Assembly: GCA_035575985.1 (NCBI GenBank)
Contig: DATLXC010000002.1
Span: forward strand, 29,254 to 93,253
Direction: 5' to 3'
DNA: 64,000 nucleotides
Source of the DNA: Bacteriovoracaceae bacterium
Lineage (GTDB): Bacteria > Bdellovibrionota > Bacteriovoracia > Bacteriovoracales > Bacteriovoracaceae
Part shown: one piece after another, positions 18,300 to 28,286 of the stretch
Position numbering within the stretch: position 1 is the first letter of the stretch
How the letters are laid out: every line of letters starts with the position of its first letter
Translations under genes and position numbers: made by a program
Notes under the pieces: model-generated
What the model was told of the DNA's origin: nothing
The model's input: the letters and a program-made list of their open reading frames with translations, nothing else
The model's database searches: none

Positions 18300-20390
18300 T
18301 CAGATAGTATCGAGGATTTTCTGGTCTTTTGCGAGTCTTTCGAAATGCGGAGTCAGAAGTTCCGGCCGGGTTTTTGCCAGGCCTTCCAGGTCTTGAACAA
18401 CTTTTTCAAGTATATCTGTATGGGTCAGGAAGTTTGCCAGTTTCTTTGTTGTTACTGTTCCTGATTGATCCACTCCGAAAATATCGCCTTCACCCCTGAA
18501 TTTAAGATCTTCTTCGGCAATGACAAATCCATCGAGATTGCTTTCGAGTACTTTGAGGCGGTCAAAGGCTTCAGGAGAGACATCCTTATCAAGGACTAAG
18601 AAGCAGAAACCGGGTTTCTCTGCACGGCCAACTCTTCCTCGAAGCTGGTGCAGCGAACTTAATCCGAAACGTTCCGGGTTATAAATGCTCATGACCGTGG
18701 CGTTTGGTATATTGATACCGACTTCAATAACTGAAGTTGAAACCAGGATATTGATTTTTTTATCCCTGAAGGCCTGGATGACTTGTTCTTTTTCTTCGGA
18801 CTTCATTTGTCCGTGTAATGCTTCGACTTTGAATCCCTTGAATGTTTCCTGATAGCGCTTGAGACTTTCTTTTACATTCTGAATATCCAGAGTTTCGCTT
18901 TCATCAATGGCAGGAAAGACAAAATAGGCTTGTTCACCCATCTTGAGCCTGACCTTGACGAATTCTACGTATTTTTCGTAGTTCACTTTTTCAGTGATTC
19001 TGGTTTTGATTGGCTTTCGCCCTGCAGGCATAGTTTTAATGGATGCGATATCCAGGTCGCCGTATTGTGCAAGGCTTAGAGTTCTGGGAATAGGGGTCGC
19101 GGTCATGATGAGGCAGTGAGTTCCCTTACCCTTGGCAACAAGCTTCAGGCGTTGTTCGACTCCAAACTTGTGTTGCTCATCAATGATGGCCAAGCCCAGG
19201 TTTTTGAATTCAACACTTTCCTGGAAAAGTGAATGGGTTCCGATGACAAGTTGAGTTGTTCCAGAGGCCATACCCTTGGCCATGATTTTGCGCTCTTTTG
19301 CCTTAGTAGATCCCAGGAGCAAGGAAATTTGCAATTCAGAGTCTAGAGCCCCGAAGCTTTCAAAATGCTGCTGGGCCAGTGCCTCAGTAGGACACATGAG
19401 TGCAACCTGAAAACCGTTTTTAATGGCAAGCATGGAAGCGAGGTAGGCCACTATGGTTTTTCCGCAACCAACATCACCTTGAACCATTCTCATCATTGGA
19501 TGACCGGAGGCCATATCCTTGCAGACTTCCTTAAAGACTTTTACCTGATCATCAGTCAGGGTAAATGGAAGCGATTTAATGACTTTATTTATGTGAGCTT
19601 CAGTGACTTTTATTACTGGAGCTTCTTTGCGCTTAATAAAACTGCGTCTGGTCTGGATTTTTAGCTGGTCCTCAAGAAACTCTTCGTAAATAAGTCGCTT
19701 TTCTGCAGAGTCTTTTAATTCGGGGCGGAAGTTTATGGATGGAATCCGCCCGTGGATTATCTTGAAAGCTTCTCCAAGGGTAAAATCCTTGTCATATCCA
19801 AGTTCCGGCAGGGTTTGCGGGATGTTTTGCCAAAGGGGTGAAGGGATAAGATCAAAAATTTTCTTGATCAGATTTCCACTGATCTTATTTACGGTCGGAT
19901 ATTCGAGGATGTAACCGGGTGACGTTTCAGTGGTGATGATTTGGGGATTAATGACTTGTTTTTGGGCCTTGTATTCCTGGCACATGCCTAAGAATGTGAT
20001 TTTTTCCAAACCTTCAATTTGTTTTTTTTGATTTGGGTAAAGATTAAACCAGCGAAGGCTCATAGTCTCCGAAGAGAGGTCATCCTTAACAACGATATAA
20101 CCATTGAAGAGCATGATATTGCCCTTACCTCGGCGTCCGAAAGCTGGCTTGATGTCCACGTGCAGGACTTTACCTGAACCTTTGATGTACTGATTTAATT
20201 GAGCTTCAGAAAATGGCTGCAGCGATGGCATTTTATGGATGCGCAAAGGGAGGATCCACAACAATTGATGCAAAGTCGAAATGCCTGCATCTACCAGCTT
20301 TAAAACCGTTGGTGATGGAGTCTTACCAGAGAGGGAAGTTAAAGGGGAGTGCCAGCTAAGTTCAGCTGTATTTAATGTCTTGGACTGCAT
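18300..20390 (-). CDS. recG: ATP-dependent DNA helicase RecG
   Basis: QGDVGCGKT, IIDEQHKFG, MTATPIPRT, RFGLSSLHQLRGRVGR, DLKFRGEG. Confidence 0.96.
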   Translation of the reverse strand: MQSKTLNTAELSWHSPLTSLSGKTPSPTVLKLVDAGISTLHQLLWILPLRIHKMPSLQPFSEAQLNQYIKGSGKVLHVDIKPAFGRRGKGNIMLFNGYIVVKDDLSSETMSLRWFNLYPNQKKQIEGLEKITFLGMCQEYKAQKQVINPQIITTETSPGYILEYPTVNKISGNLIKKIFDLIPSPLWQNIPQTLPELGYDKDFTLGEAFKIIHGRIPSINFRPELKDSAEKRLIYEEFLEDQLKIQTRRSFIKRKEAPVIKVTEAHINKVIKSLPFTLTDDQVKVFKEVCKDMASGHPMMRMVQGDVGCGKTIVAYLASMLAIKNGFQVALMCPTEALAQQHFESFGALDSELQISLLLGSTKAKERKIMAKGMASGTTQLVIGTHSLFQESVEFKNLGLAIIDEQHKFGVEQRLKLVAKGKGTHCLIMTATPIPRTLSLAQYGDLDIASIKTMPAGRKPIKTRITEKVNYEKYVEFVKVRLKMGEQAYFVFPAIDESETLDIQNVKESLKRYQETFKGFKVEALHGQMKSEEKEQVIQAFRDKKINILVSTSVIEVGINIPNATVMSIYNPERFGLSSLHQLRGRVGRAEKPGFCFLVLDKDVSPEAFDRLKVLESNLDGFVIAEEDLKFRGEGDIFGVDQSGTVTTKKLANFLTHTDILEKVVQDLEGLAKTRPELLTPHFERLAKDQKILDTI

Positions 20391-20835
20391 AGGTCAAATC
20401 ACCTTTAGGCGCCTTCACCACGATATCATCTCCTACTTCTTTGCCGATCAGCGCTCGGCCAAGTGGAGAGTTGAATGAAATCTTGTTTGGGTCTGTCGCA
20501 GCCTCGTCTTCTCCAACTAATTGGAAAGTAAGCTCAATATCTTTTTGATTATCAAATATTGTAACGGTGGCTCCAAAAACAATTTTCTCAGTGCTAAGTG
20601 TGGAGACATCGATAACCCTGGCGCGCGCAACTTTACTTTGTACATCGAGAATCCGGCCTTCAATCAATGACTGTCGCTCTTTAGCTGCATGGTATTCAGC
20701 ATTTTCCTTAAGATCTCCGAGTTCACGTGCTTCGGAAATTGCTTTCTTTATTGCTTCACGCTCAACTCGAATGAGATTCAAGAGCTCGTCTTCAAGCAAT
20801 TTCTTTCCCAACAATGTCATTGGACATTCACTCAT
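20362..20835 (-). CDS. greA: Transcription elongation factor GreA
   Basis: AR.LGDLKENAEYHAAK, IS.NSPLGRALIGK. Confidence 0.96.
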   Translation of the reverse strand: MSECPMTLLGKKLLEDELLNLIRVEREAIKKAISEARELGDLKENAEYHAAKERQSLIEGRILDVQSKVARARVIDVSTLSTEKIVFGATVTIFDNQKDIELTFQLVGEDEAATDPNKISFNSPLGRALIGKEVGDDIVVKAPKGDLTYAVQDIKYS

Positions 20836-20856
20836 ATCTTTCCTTAAGGTCTCTTT

Positions 20857-21147
20857 TTATTTTTTAAATAAGGCCTGGGCCCGGGCCAAGGTATCCTGAC
20901 GCTGTTTTTCAGCCTCATTATAGGAAGTAGCGACCTTAAAGTAATCACAAAAATTGGCTTTTTCCTTGTCAGGAACCCGGTCAGCCTGTGTTTCCCGACA
21001 TTCATTATAAGATTTTGGATCGAAAAAATGGCACATTTTACAACACCTGATGTCAGCCATACAGCCCGGACAGGTATCAGATCTACTGACCATTATCTTA
21101 AAAGTATCAGAAAGTGCTTTTCCACATTTATGACATTGAAGTGACAT
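20857..21147 (-). CDS. Small Cys-rich probable Zn-binding protein
   Basis: CxxC...CxxC...CCxxC...C...NFCDYF; no signal peptide; operonic with greA/recG. Confidence 0.75.
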   Translation of the reverse strand: MSLQCHKCGKALSDTFKIMVSRSDTCPGCMADIRCCKMCHFFDPKSYNECRETQADRVPDKEKANFCDYFKVATSYNEAEKQRQDTLARAQALFKK

Positions 21148-21648
21148 TTAAAACTCCTTACCTACACCTACACCAAGTCCCAGACCTTTTGAAGGGTCAG
21201 TAGGTGCAAAGAATATTTGGGGAGTATTTCGCTTGTTGTATTCCTCGACTGATTTAATAAGCAGATGCTCATTGTTATATTGATTAGTCTTAGAAATTAA
21301 GTAACTTACAGCAATCATTGTGGCCCCACCAAAAATCAGAAAATTGCGGCCTGTCAGAGTTTCGTTCTTCCCCTCATTGGTACGCAAAACTCCACCTAAA
21401 ATCATGGCCGAGCCTAAAGTACTTAGGGCAGCACTTTTCCATGTTGGACGGTTGTTTTCTTGATATTGATCGAGTAACTCTTTAGAAACGGCATCCTTCT
21501 CAAGATAATACCGGAGACCCTCGCCTCGATTGTTATTACTCACGTCTACCAGGACTTCCTGATAATTAATGGAGGCCACACGGCTACACGTCTCGGCGGT
21601 GTGCGCCAGAGAGGGGAGTAATAATAATAGGACTAAAGTGGTTTTCAT
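21148..21648 (-). CDS. Secreted/membrane hypothetical protein (166 aa)
   Basis: Signal peptide MKTTLVLLLLLPSLAHTA; two internal hydrophobic segments; C-terminal Phe. Confidence 0.75.
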   Translation of the reverse strand: MKTTLVLLLLLPSLAHTAETCSRVASINYQEVLVDVSNNNRGEGLRYYLEKDAVSKELLDQYQENNRPTWKSAALSTLGSAMILGGVLRTNEGKNETLTGRNFLIFGGATMIAVSYLISKTNQYNNEHLLIKSVEEYNKRNTPQIFFAPTDPSKGLGLGVGVGKEF

Positions 21649-21705
21649 ATCTTTGTTCTCTGTGCATTTTATCTTACCATCATATAAAAAGCGACCCACA
21701 AAACT

Positions 21706-23418
21706 ATGGATTTAATTAAGACCGGCCGAGGCATTTCAAAGACCATAAAAAACGTATCACGTTTTCGTGAGATTCTTACCGTATTAAGTCGGCATGGTTT
21801 TTCAGAACTCATTGTTAAATCAGGCCTGAGCAAAATTATCCCTGGTTTTGTACTTCCTACAAGGGTTTCTGAACTTCAGCGTGAAGACCTTTCAAGTGAA
21901 GAATGGTGGCAAATCTTCGGAAGTCAGATCCGCTTAAGTTTTGAAGAACTAGGACCCAGCTTCATAAAGCTCGGTCAGCTGATGGCCACCAGGGAAGATA
22001 TTCTTGATCCCGTAATGATCAAGGAATTGAAGCTTCTTCAGAATAAAGTCAAGGGTATCCCATTTGAAATGGCCCAGAAGGTTATTGAAGATAGCTTGGG
22101 CAAAAAACTTGAACAAGTTTTTGCTGAAATTGATCCGGTTGCAATTGGTACTGCTTCGATTGGTGTAGTCTACAAAGCCAAACTTCATGATGGGCAGAAA
22201 GTCGTCGTTAAGGTCAGGAGACCTGGAATAGCCAAGACCATCCTGACTGACTTTGAAATTTTATTATTCATCATTCAAAAAGTTGAAAAAGTTTCTTCTG
22301 AAATCCGTTTCCTTGGGATGTCCAAGATGATTTCTGATTTCTTCAAGAGTACACAGCAGGAATTAAATTTCCTGGTGGAAGGACAGAATTGTGAAAGGCT
22401 GAAAAAGAACCTCGAGGTCATAGATAAGGATGGCTACCTGGTTGTTCCCAAAGTCTATCGTGAGTTCAGTACACAGGAAGTGCTGGTACTGGAATTCCTC
22501 GAAGGAAAGCCTTTCAATGAATTTCACTCTCTTGAACAGCTAGGCCCAGATATGGTGGAAAAGCTGGAGAGAAGTATTGAACTATTTACTCATACACTTC
22601 TTGCAGACGGTTTCTTCCACGCAGATCTTCATGGAGGAAACTTCTTCGTCCTGAATGACCGCAGGATCGGAATAATTGATTTTGGATTGATGGGAACCCT
22701 TAGTAAGAAGAACCGTGCCAACCTGGTCGCCATTCTTTACTCAGTGATTACCTATAATTTTGATAATCTCGTGTATGAATTCCTGGAAGTGGCAGAGTAT
22801 GAAAGTGTTCCGGATCATGAAGAGTTAATCCGGGATATTAAAGATTCGATTTCTCCCTATATCGGCTTGAGTGTCAAAGAAACTAATATGACGGAACTGG
22901 TGCGAAACCTCGTCAAGACCTTGAGTAAGCATGAACTCTATCTGCCTCGGGAATGGTTTATTATTTTCCGTGCCCTCGCCACTCTTGATGGGGTTGGTAA
23001 GTCTATTGGACTTGATTTAAATATCTTCAAGGTCCTTGAAAAAGATTTGCCCAACCTGGTTAACGAACTACTTTCTTCAAAGAACACGCAAGAAGAGCTG
23101 ATGTGGGTAGCAAAAGATGTCGTTACCTCGCTTAGAATCCTTCCAAAGCATCTCAAATGGTTCCTGAAAGAGACTTCCCGGAATGGTTATTCAATGGAAA
23201 TCAGGGTCCGGGACCTTGATAAATTTTCAAAAAGCATGGCCCGTTCTTTCTTCGTTCTTGGTCTCTCACTTCTGGCCTGTATCTTCATCCTTTGTGGAAC
23301 CGTCTTTGTCAGGGATATAAGCGTCTATCATCTCTATGATATACCTCCCTTAACATGGATATTCTGGGGTGCTGCGGCCTACTTCCTTGTACGTATTACA
23401 ACTCTAAAAAAGTTCTGA
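21706..23418 (+). CDS. AarF/UbiB (ABC1) kinase-like protein
   Basis: ELGPSFIKLGQ, ASIG.V, VVKVRRPG, FFHADLH.GN, IDFG; C-terminal TM helices. Confidence 0.92.
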   Translation: MDLIKTGRGISKTIKNVSRFREILTVLSRHGFSELIVKSGLSKIIPGFVLPTRVSELQREDLSSEEWWQIFGSQIRLSFEELGPSFIKLGQLMATREDILDPVMIKELKLLQNKVKGIPFEMAQKVIEDSLGKKLEQVFAEIDPVAIGTASIGVVYKAKLHDGQKVVVKVRRPGIAKTILTDFEILLFIIQKVEKVSSEIRFLGMSKMISDFFKSTQQELNFLVEGQNCERLKKNLEVIDKDGYLVVPKVYREFSTQEVLVLEFLEGKPFNEFHSLEQLGPDMVEKLERSIELFTHTLLADGFFHADLHGGNFFVLNDRRIGIIDFGLMGTLSKKNRANLVAILYSVITYNFDNLVYEFLEVAEYESVPDHEELIRDIKDSISPYIGLSVKETNMTELVRNLVKTLSKHELYLPREWFIIFRALATLDGVGKSIGLDLNIFKVLEKDLPNLVNELLSSKNTQEELMWVAKDVVTSLRILPKHLKWFLKETSRNGYSMEIRVRDLDKFSKSMARSFFVLGLSLLACIFILCGTVFVRDISVYHLYDIPPLTWIFWGAAAYFLVRITTLKKF

Positions 23419-23420
23419 AA

Positions 23421-24449
23421 TTAGATACTATCGAGTCCACTCAGGAAAAACGGCTTAATTTCTCCTAATTCCTCAAATGGTCCAGGCCCCATAACACCCC
23501 GGAGGAATTCTTCGGTGGAAAGCATGAGAGTTTCCTGGTTGAAATCAAAGAACACTTCCTGCTTCATTATATTTATGTTCCTGATTTCCATAAGACCCTG
23601 GGTGTATGCATGGATAAATTCTGTAAAGTGCTTGAGATCTCCGGTGGCCATCAAGAATTGGTAATGATCATGCTCGGTCTCTATCAGGGGTGCGCCAAGC
23701 CAGACTTTTCCATAAGCTCGTGCAGCTTCCAGTAGTAGTTTCAGGTCACCGCTACTTCCGTACTCATAAATGATACCTTCCAGGTCCTGGCCCTTGTTCA
23801 TAAAGAAGTAATTTACAATTCTTCCTTCTTTTTCTTCAATCAGGAGATCAGCAGATGTTATTTTTCCAAGCAGGTTCCAATCTGTCTCTGTACGATCAAG
23901 GGTCTGATAAGTTTTTGCAAATGAGTTTTGATAGAGTTCCTTTATTTGGCCTTGCTGGGAATTTGATAGCTTTCCATAGGAAGTTTGGATGAGATTTTTA
24001 TTCTGAGTACCCTGTTTGATCAATTCAAATTGTCCCCCACAAAGTGTGAAGCCATACTTGCTATAAAGCTTTTCCTGATCACTCCATAAAATAAAAAAAC
24101 AGGTGTCACTTCTTTTTTCCGCTAACACATCCTGCAGCAAGAGTTGAAAATGACCTTGCCCCCTGTGATTTTCATCAACAGCGATACCTCCCAACATACA
24201 AATGTTGAAAAGCTGATTATTTATTTGGAGGTTTCGCTCTTTCACTCCTATATGGGCCAGCACTTTTTCATTCTCATCTACAAGGATGAAACAATTATGA
24301 TGATTTTCTTTCTCTATAAGAGGAGCAAAGTCGATTTTGAAGGATTGCGCTGGTGGATAATGAAAGGATTTCTCTATAAGATGTATGGTTTCTTCAACGC
24401 ATGAAGGATTTTCTCTTAATGTTGTAATCCGGGGGAAATTTTTGCCCAT
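23421..24449 (-). CDS. GNAT-family acetyltransferase
   Basis: LGGIAVDENHRGQG motif A; LYSKYGF. Confidence 0.8.
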   Translation of the reverse strand: MGKNFPRITTLRENPSCVEETIHLIEKSFHYPPAQSFKIDFAPLIEKENHHNCFILVDENEKVLAHIGVKERNLQINNQLFNICMLGGIAVDENHRGQGHFQLLLQDVLAEKRSDTCFFILWSDQEKLYSKYGFTLCGGQFELIKQGTQNKNLIQTSYGKLSNSQQGQIKELYQNSFAKTYQTLDRTETDWNLLGKITSADLLIEEKEGRIVNYFFMNKGQDLEGIIYEYGSSGDLKLLLEAARAYGKVWLGAPLIETEHDHYQFLMATGDLKHFTEFIHAYTQGLMEIRNINIMKQEVFFDFNQETLMLSTEEFLRGVMGPGPFEELGEIKPFFLSGLDSI

Positions 24450-24520
24450 GCATAAACCTCTATGATTTCAATATTTTAGCTACTGTTTAGACCACCTGTC
24501 GATATTATTTACAATTCCTA

Positions 24521-24547
24521 TTAAGTCTTTTTGCAGATTGTCGAAAT
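24521..24547 (+). promoter_or_regulatory. sigma28 promoter of flagellin
   Basis: TTAA-N15-GTCGAAAT, 80 nt before fliC. Confidence 0.7.
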
Positions 24548-24584
24548 GTTATTCACGCAGGTCATGTACGACTTACGTTGCTCC

Positions 24585-24599
24585 TCTCATGGATTGAGA
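24585..24599 (+). promoter_or_regulatory. CsrA/RsmA-type GGA hairpin in flagellin leader
   Basis: TCTCA-TGGAT-TGAGA; a second ANGGA overlaps the RBS. Confidence 0.65.
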
Positions 24600-24627
24600 A
24601 CGAGTAAAGCCCAATCAAGGAGGATTT

Positions 24628-25476
24628 ATGGGTTTAAGGATTAACACCAACGTTTCTTCGCTAAATGCGCAAAGAAACTTAGGTCAGACAAGAGGCGCTC
24701 AGCAGAAAGTGCTCGAGCAATTATCATCAGGAAGTCGTATTAACCGTGCAGGCGATGATGCTGCAGGTTTGGCGATCTCAGAAAACTTAAAAGCACAGAT
24801 TCGTGGTTTAGGTCAGGCAGAAAGAAACGCCCAAGACGGTGTCTCTTTAGTGCAGATCGCTGAAGGAGCAATGGGAGAAGTGAGTAACATCATGATCCGA
24901 TTGCGGGAATTAGCAGTGCAAGCTGCTTCTGACACCATCGGGCCCACAGAAAGAAAATTCCTGAACGTGGAATTTGAACAGCTAACATCAGAAGTTGACC
25001 GTATTGCTAACTCTACTGAGTTCAACCGCGTTCCACTCCTGAATGGTACTGGTTCAGTATTCGACATCCAGATTGGTACTCGAAATGATCCTTTAGCAGA
25101 CAGATTGACCTTCGATGCTTCGTCAGCTGACGTAAACATCGCGGCTCTTGGTCTTAACCTGGCTTCAGTGTCAGACAAGATCTCTGCTCAGAACTCTCTG
25201 GCCGCTATCGACCAGGCAATTCAGAGTGTTTCTGGTATCAGAGCTGACTTCGGTGCTCTTCAGAACCGTCTTCAGTCGACAATTAACAACATCCAGATAA
25301 GTAATGAAAACTTGTCTGCAGCAAATTCTCGTATCAGAGATACAGATATTGCTTCAGCGACTTCAGAACTTACGAGGACGAATATCTTGATGCAAGCAGG
25401 TACTTCAGTGTTGGCCCAGGCAAACCAGTCTACGACTAATGCCATCAGCCTCATTAATGCCGCTTCTCAGGGATAA
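24628..25476 (+). CDS. fliC: Flagellin (short, D0/D1 only)
   Basis: RINTN, LSSGSRINRAGDDAAGLAI, GALQNRL, SRIRDTD. Confidence 0.98.
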   Translation: MGLRINTNVSSLNAQRNLGQTRGAQQKVLEQLSSGSRINRAGDDAAGLAISENLKAQIRGLGQAERNAQDGVSLVQIAEGAMGEVSNIMIRLRELAVQAASDTIGPTERKFLNVEFEQLTSEVDRIANSTEFNRVPLLNGTGSVFDIQIGTRNDPLADRLTFDASSADVNIAALGLNLASVSDKISAQNSLAAIDQAIQSVSGIRADFGALQNRLQSTINNIQISNENLSAANSRIRDTDIASATSELTRTNILMQAGTSVLAQANQSTTNAISLINAASQG

Positions 25477-25663
25477 ATTCCCTGAGATGGTATTAGGTCA
25501 TTGAATGTAAAACGAATCCTGCAAAACTTGTAGTGGGTGTACTAAGAGTTTAGTGGATAGGTTTTGGTTTTTGTATCTAGGTTTTTTAATAATAACAACA
25601 CATGTGGACATGATGTCCGCAAAATGAACATGGAGGTTCAGTATGCAAACAAAGGATTAACAA

Positions 25664-26497
25664 ATGGGAATACGTATTAATACGAACGTTGCCAGTCTTG
25701 CGGCTCAACGTTCATTGGGAATAACTAAGAATAACTTGGACAGCAACCTCAGGAAGTTGTCCAGTGGTGAAAGAATAACTCGTGCCTCTGACGACGCGGC
25801 TGGCTTGGCAATAAGTGAAAAACTTAAAAGCCAGATCCGGGGACTCAGACAAGCTAAAAGGAACTCAGATGATGGCGTATCATTGGTCCAGACAGCCGAA
25901 GGCGGCCTTAACGAGATTTCTAACATCATCATTCGCCTCAGGGAGCTTTCTGTCCAAGCGGCCTCTGATACTGTCGGCGATACTGAAAGAGGGTATTCGA
26001 ACATTGAATTTCAGAACTTGCTTGAAGAGATCCAGCGTATCTCAAAAGGTTCAGAATTCAACGGACGGAAACTTCTTGATGGAACGGGCGGATTGGTCGA
26101 AATCCAGGTGGGGATTCATAATGATCCCATCAACGATCGACTTAAGTACGACTCGTCTATCGCAGACGCCAGCCTTGAAAGCCTTTCTCTCACTGGTGAG
26201 GGGATTGCTTATAAAGAAGGCGCACAGTTATCATTGTCCAAGCTGGATAATGCGTTACTACGGATTAACGGAACCCGTGCTAACTTGGGTGCACTACAAA
26301 ACCGACTGCAATCAGCAAGTAATACCCTTGCGATTACAGAAGAGAACTTTAGTGCAGCTAACTCCCGAATTCGTGATGTAGATGTAGCTCTTGAAACAGC
26401 TGATATGGCGAAGAATAACATTCTGAACCAAGCAGGCGTCTCAGTGCTCTCTCAAGCGAACCAGGCTCCGTCGATGGCCTTGAAACTGCTCTCTTAA
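25664..26497 (+). CDS. fliC: Flagellin (short, D0/D1 only), paralogue
   Basis: LSSGERI.RASDDAAGLAISE, LGALQNRL, SRIRDVD. Confidence 0.98.
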   Translation: MGIRINTNVASLAAQRSLGITKNNLDSNLRKLSSGERITRASDDAAGLAISEKLKSQIRGLRQAKRNSDDGVSLVQTAEGGLNEISNIIIRLRELSVQAASDTVGDTERGYSNIEFQNLLEEIQRISKGSEFNGRKLLDGTGGLVEIQVGIHNDPINDRLKYDSSIADASLESLSLTGEGIAYKEGAQLSLSKLDNALLRINGTRANLGALQNRLQSASNTLAITEENFSAANSRIRDVDVALETADMAKNNILNQAGVSVLSQANQAPSMALKLLS

Positions 26498-26509
26498 ACA
26501 CACCCACTC

Positions 26510-26542
26510 ACCTTGCTCCGAATGGAGCAAGGTTTTCTTTTT
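26510..26542 (+). terminator. Intrinsic terminator after the flagellin pair
   Basis: accttgctcc-gaat-ggagcaaggt followed by tttcttttt. Confidence 0.9.
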
Positions 26543-26574
26543 CCTTTTTTCCAAACCACCTGATAATATAGGCC

Positions 26575-27492
26575 ATGAAGAAAACCATTCTGATCTTTGG
26601 AGTTTCATCCTTCGTAGGTTCAAATCTCGCGCAAATGCTGGGTGATGAATACCGAATAGTAGGAACTTACAATAAGACTCCAGTGGATATCCCTGGCGTA
26701 ACTTGTGTACCGTTAGATGTCCTGAAAAAAGATAATGTCTTTAAGGTCCTTTCCATCTTCAAGCCTAATTTTACAATCTATGCCGTAGGCATGAGTTCCC
26801 TTACTGAATGCTTGCGTAATCCAAAGAAAGCCGATGCCCTGAATTCAGCAGGAGCTTCCAATTGTACTATGGCAAGCGAACGGTTCGGCTCCAAGTTCAT
26901 TTACCTTTCCTCATGTTATGTGTTGGGAGGTGCAGATACAGTGTACAAGGAATCAGATACTCCTTTTCCCAATACCGTATATGGAAACTCACTATCCTCC
27001 ACTGAGTTTTATGTCCAGCGGTCATGCCTGAACTATCTCATTCTCAGGTGTGCGCCTCTCTATGGCAGGAGCTACAATCCTCTTCACCCGAATTGGTTTG
27101 AGATGCTACAGACTTCTCTTGCAAAGAATGTCGGGATTCCCGCAGATGATGAAGTCTGGACCGGATTTCTGGATGTGTATGTCCTGGCAAAAATTGTGAA
27201 GTCGATGATCCATTTCGGAGTCACCAATAAGCTTCTGCAAGTGTCTTCCAATAACTCAATGACAAGGTTTGAATTTGCGAAGGCTTATGCAAAAGTATTT
27301 AAGAAAGATGCTAATCTGATCCAGCCTTCAAGTGGCACATTTCCCATAGACAGGAACCAAGGCAAGGCAGTCGTTGCAAATCTATTTTACAAGCTAGATG
27401 TATCTAATCTGGAGAGTTTATTGGGAGTGAAAGTTCCCTCAATAGAGGAATCTCTCTTGCTTACTTATCAAAGATTTAATGCTGGAGTTTAG
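26575..27492 (+). CDS. RmlD-like extended SDR (catalytically degenerate)
   Basis: ILIFGVSSFVG, YLSSCYV, YKESDTPFPNTVYG, LILR...LYG, MTRFEFA. Confidence 0.8.
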   Translation: MKKTILIFGVSSFVGSNLAQMLGDEYRIVGTYNKTPVDIPGVTCVPLDVLKKDNVFKVLSIFKPNFTIYAVGMSSLTECLRNPKKADALNSAGASNCTMASERFGSKFIYLSSCYVLGGADTVYKESDTPFPNTVYGNSLSSTEFYVQRSCLNYLILRCAPLYGRSYNPLHPNWFEMLQTSLAKNVGIPADDEVWTGFLDVYVLAKIVKSMIHFGVTNKLLQVSSNNSMTRFEFAKAYAKVFKKDANLIQPSSGTFPIDRNQGKAVVANLFYKLDVSNLESLLGVKVPSIEESLLLTYQRFNAGV

Positions 27493-28019
27493 CGGGAAGA
27501 GTTTTTAACAAACTCAGTGAGATAATATTTTACGAGAGGCTCAATTTCTATCGGCTCACCCTGAAATCTCCATGAAATAGTATTGAAAGGACCTACGTGG
27601 GCCTTGATTTCATGAATTGCGTGAACTGATTGGTTTTCATTCGCAAGTCTGGCGGCAAATAACCCGCCATTATTAGACAAAAAGCCGATACTTATCAGAT
27701 CAGGTGCCCTGCGGGCCACGATAAGTTTCAATGAATTTCGGAATAAGATAAAATCATTCACGGTATTTGAAATACGAAAAACTTTTATTGAACGATGAGC
27801 ATCCCGGTTTCCACGATGCTGATTGAAAAGTGATACGTAGAATTCAAACCTGTCCTTGAGTTTGTTAACAAAATTCAGGGAGGATTCTTCGAGCAGGCCT
27901 TGAGTATTGAGGTGATCATTAAAGCGAATGACGCCGGACTCTTCCATGTTCACTTCTTCAAGTGCCAGAGTTTCTATCCAGGAAACATTTTGATAATCAT
28001 TTACGTTAATGAATTCCAT
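27489..28019 (-). CDS. Hypothetical protein (176 aa)
   Basis: ORF with TTGACG-N17-AACAAT promoter 6 nt before the ATG. Confidence 0.8.
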   Translation of the reverse strand: MEFINVNDYQNVSWIETLALEEVNMEESGVIRFNDHLNTQGLLEESSLNFVNKLKDRFEFYVSLFNQHRGNRDAHRSIKVFRISNTVNDFILFRNSLKLIVARRAPDLISIGFLSNNGGLFAARLANENQSVHAIHEIKAHVGPFNTISWRFQGEPIEIEPLVKYYLTEFVKNSSR

Positions 28020-28104
28020 AACTTCATTGTTTGACGTAAGACCGCTCCCGTCAAGATAAAATAGTCTGGAGTTTAGGAGCTCTTACACTGTAGGAGAGAA
28101 AAAA

Positions 28105-28286
28105 GGTCCGGAGAAGCGGTTTACGGTTTCGCGCCCCTAACAAGTAGGTGGGCGCAATTAGTAATCATTTTAGGCTTCTCACAATCTGACTCAATACTGA
28201 GACAGGCAAGCTTGCACACCATGATCAGGGACCGCTCCCGAAAATAAAATCGTAGGGGCGAAACATAATTGGCTTCACCCGGACCC
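28105..28286 (-). ncRNA. ssrS: 6S RNA candidate
   Basis: 182 nt. Ends pair (GGTCCGGGTGAAGC/GCTTCTCCGGACC; TTTCGCCCCTA/TAGGGGCGCGAAA), giving a rod with a central bubble. Has GGGAGC and GCCCACCT segments, a -10 TATGAT at 28293-28298 and a 3' U-tract. Confidence 0.8.

Noticed and set aside
20857-21147. CKMCH as a heme-c motif
   Set aside because: No export signal, and the motif is part of a larger Cys array typical of cytoplasmic metal binding
24497-24513. TGTCGATATTATTTACA as another enhancer box
   Set aside because: Matches only TGT-N11-ACA and has no sigma54 -24/-12 element downstream (the promoter is sigma28-type)
25815-26381. 188-aa overlapping ORF inside flagellin 2, and similar nested ORFs in lon, alaS and the cytochrome genes
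   Set aside because: Out-of-frame or antisense shadows of conserved genes with no RBS or recognisable motifs
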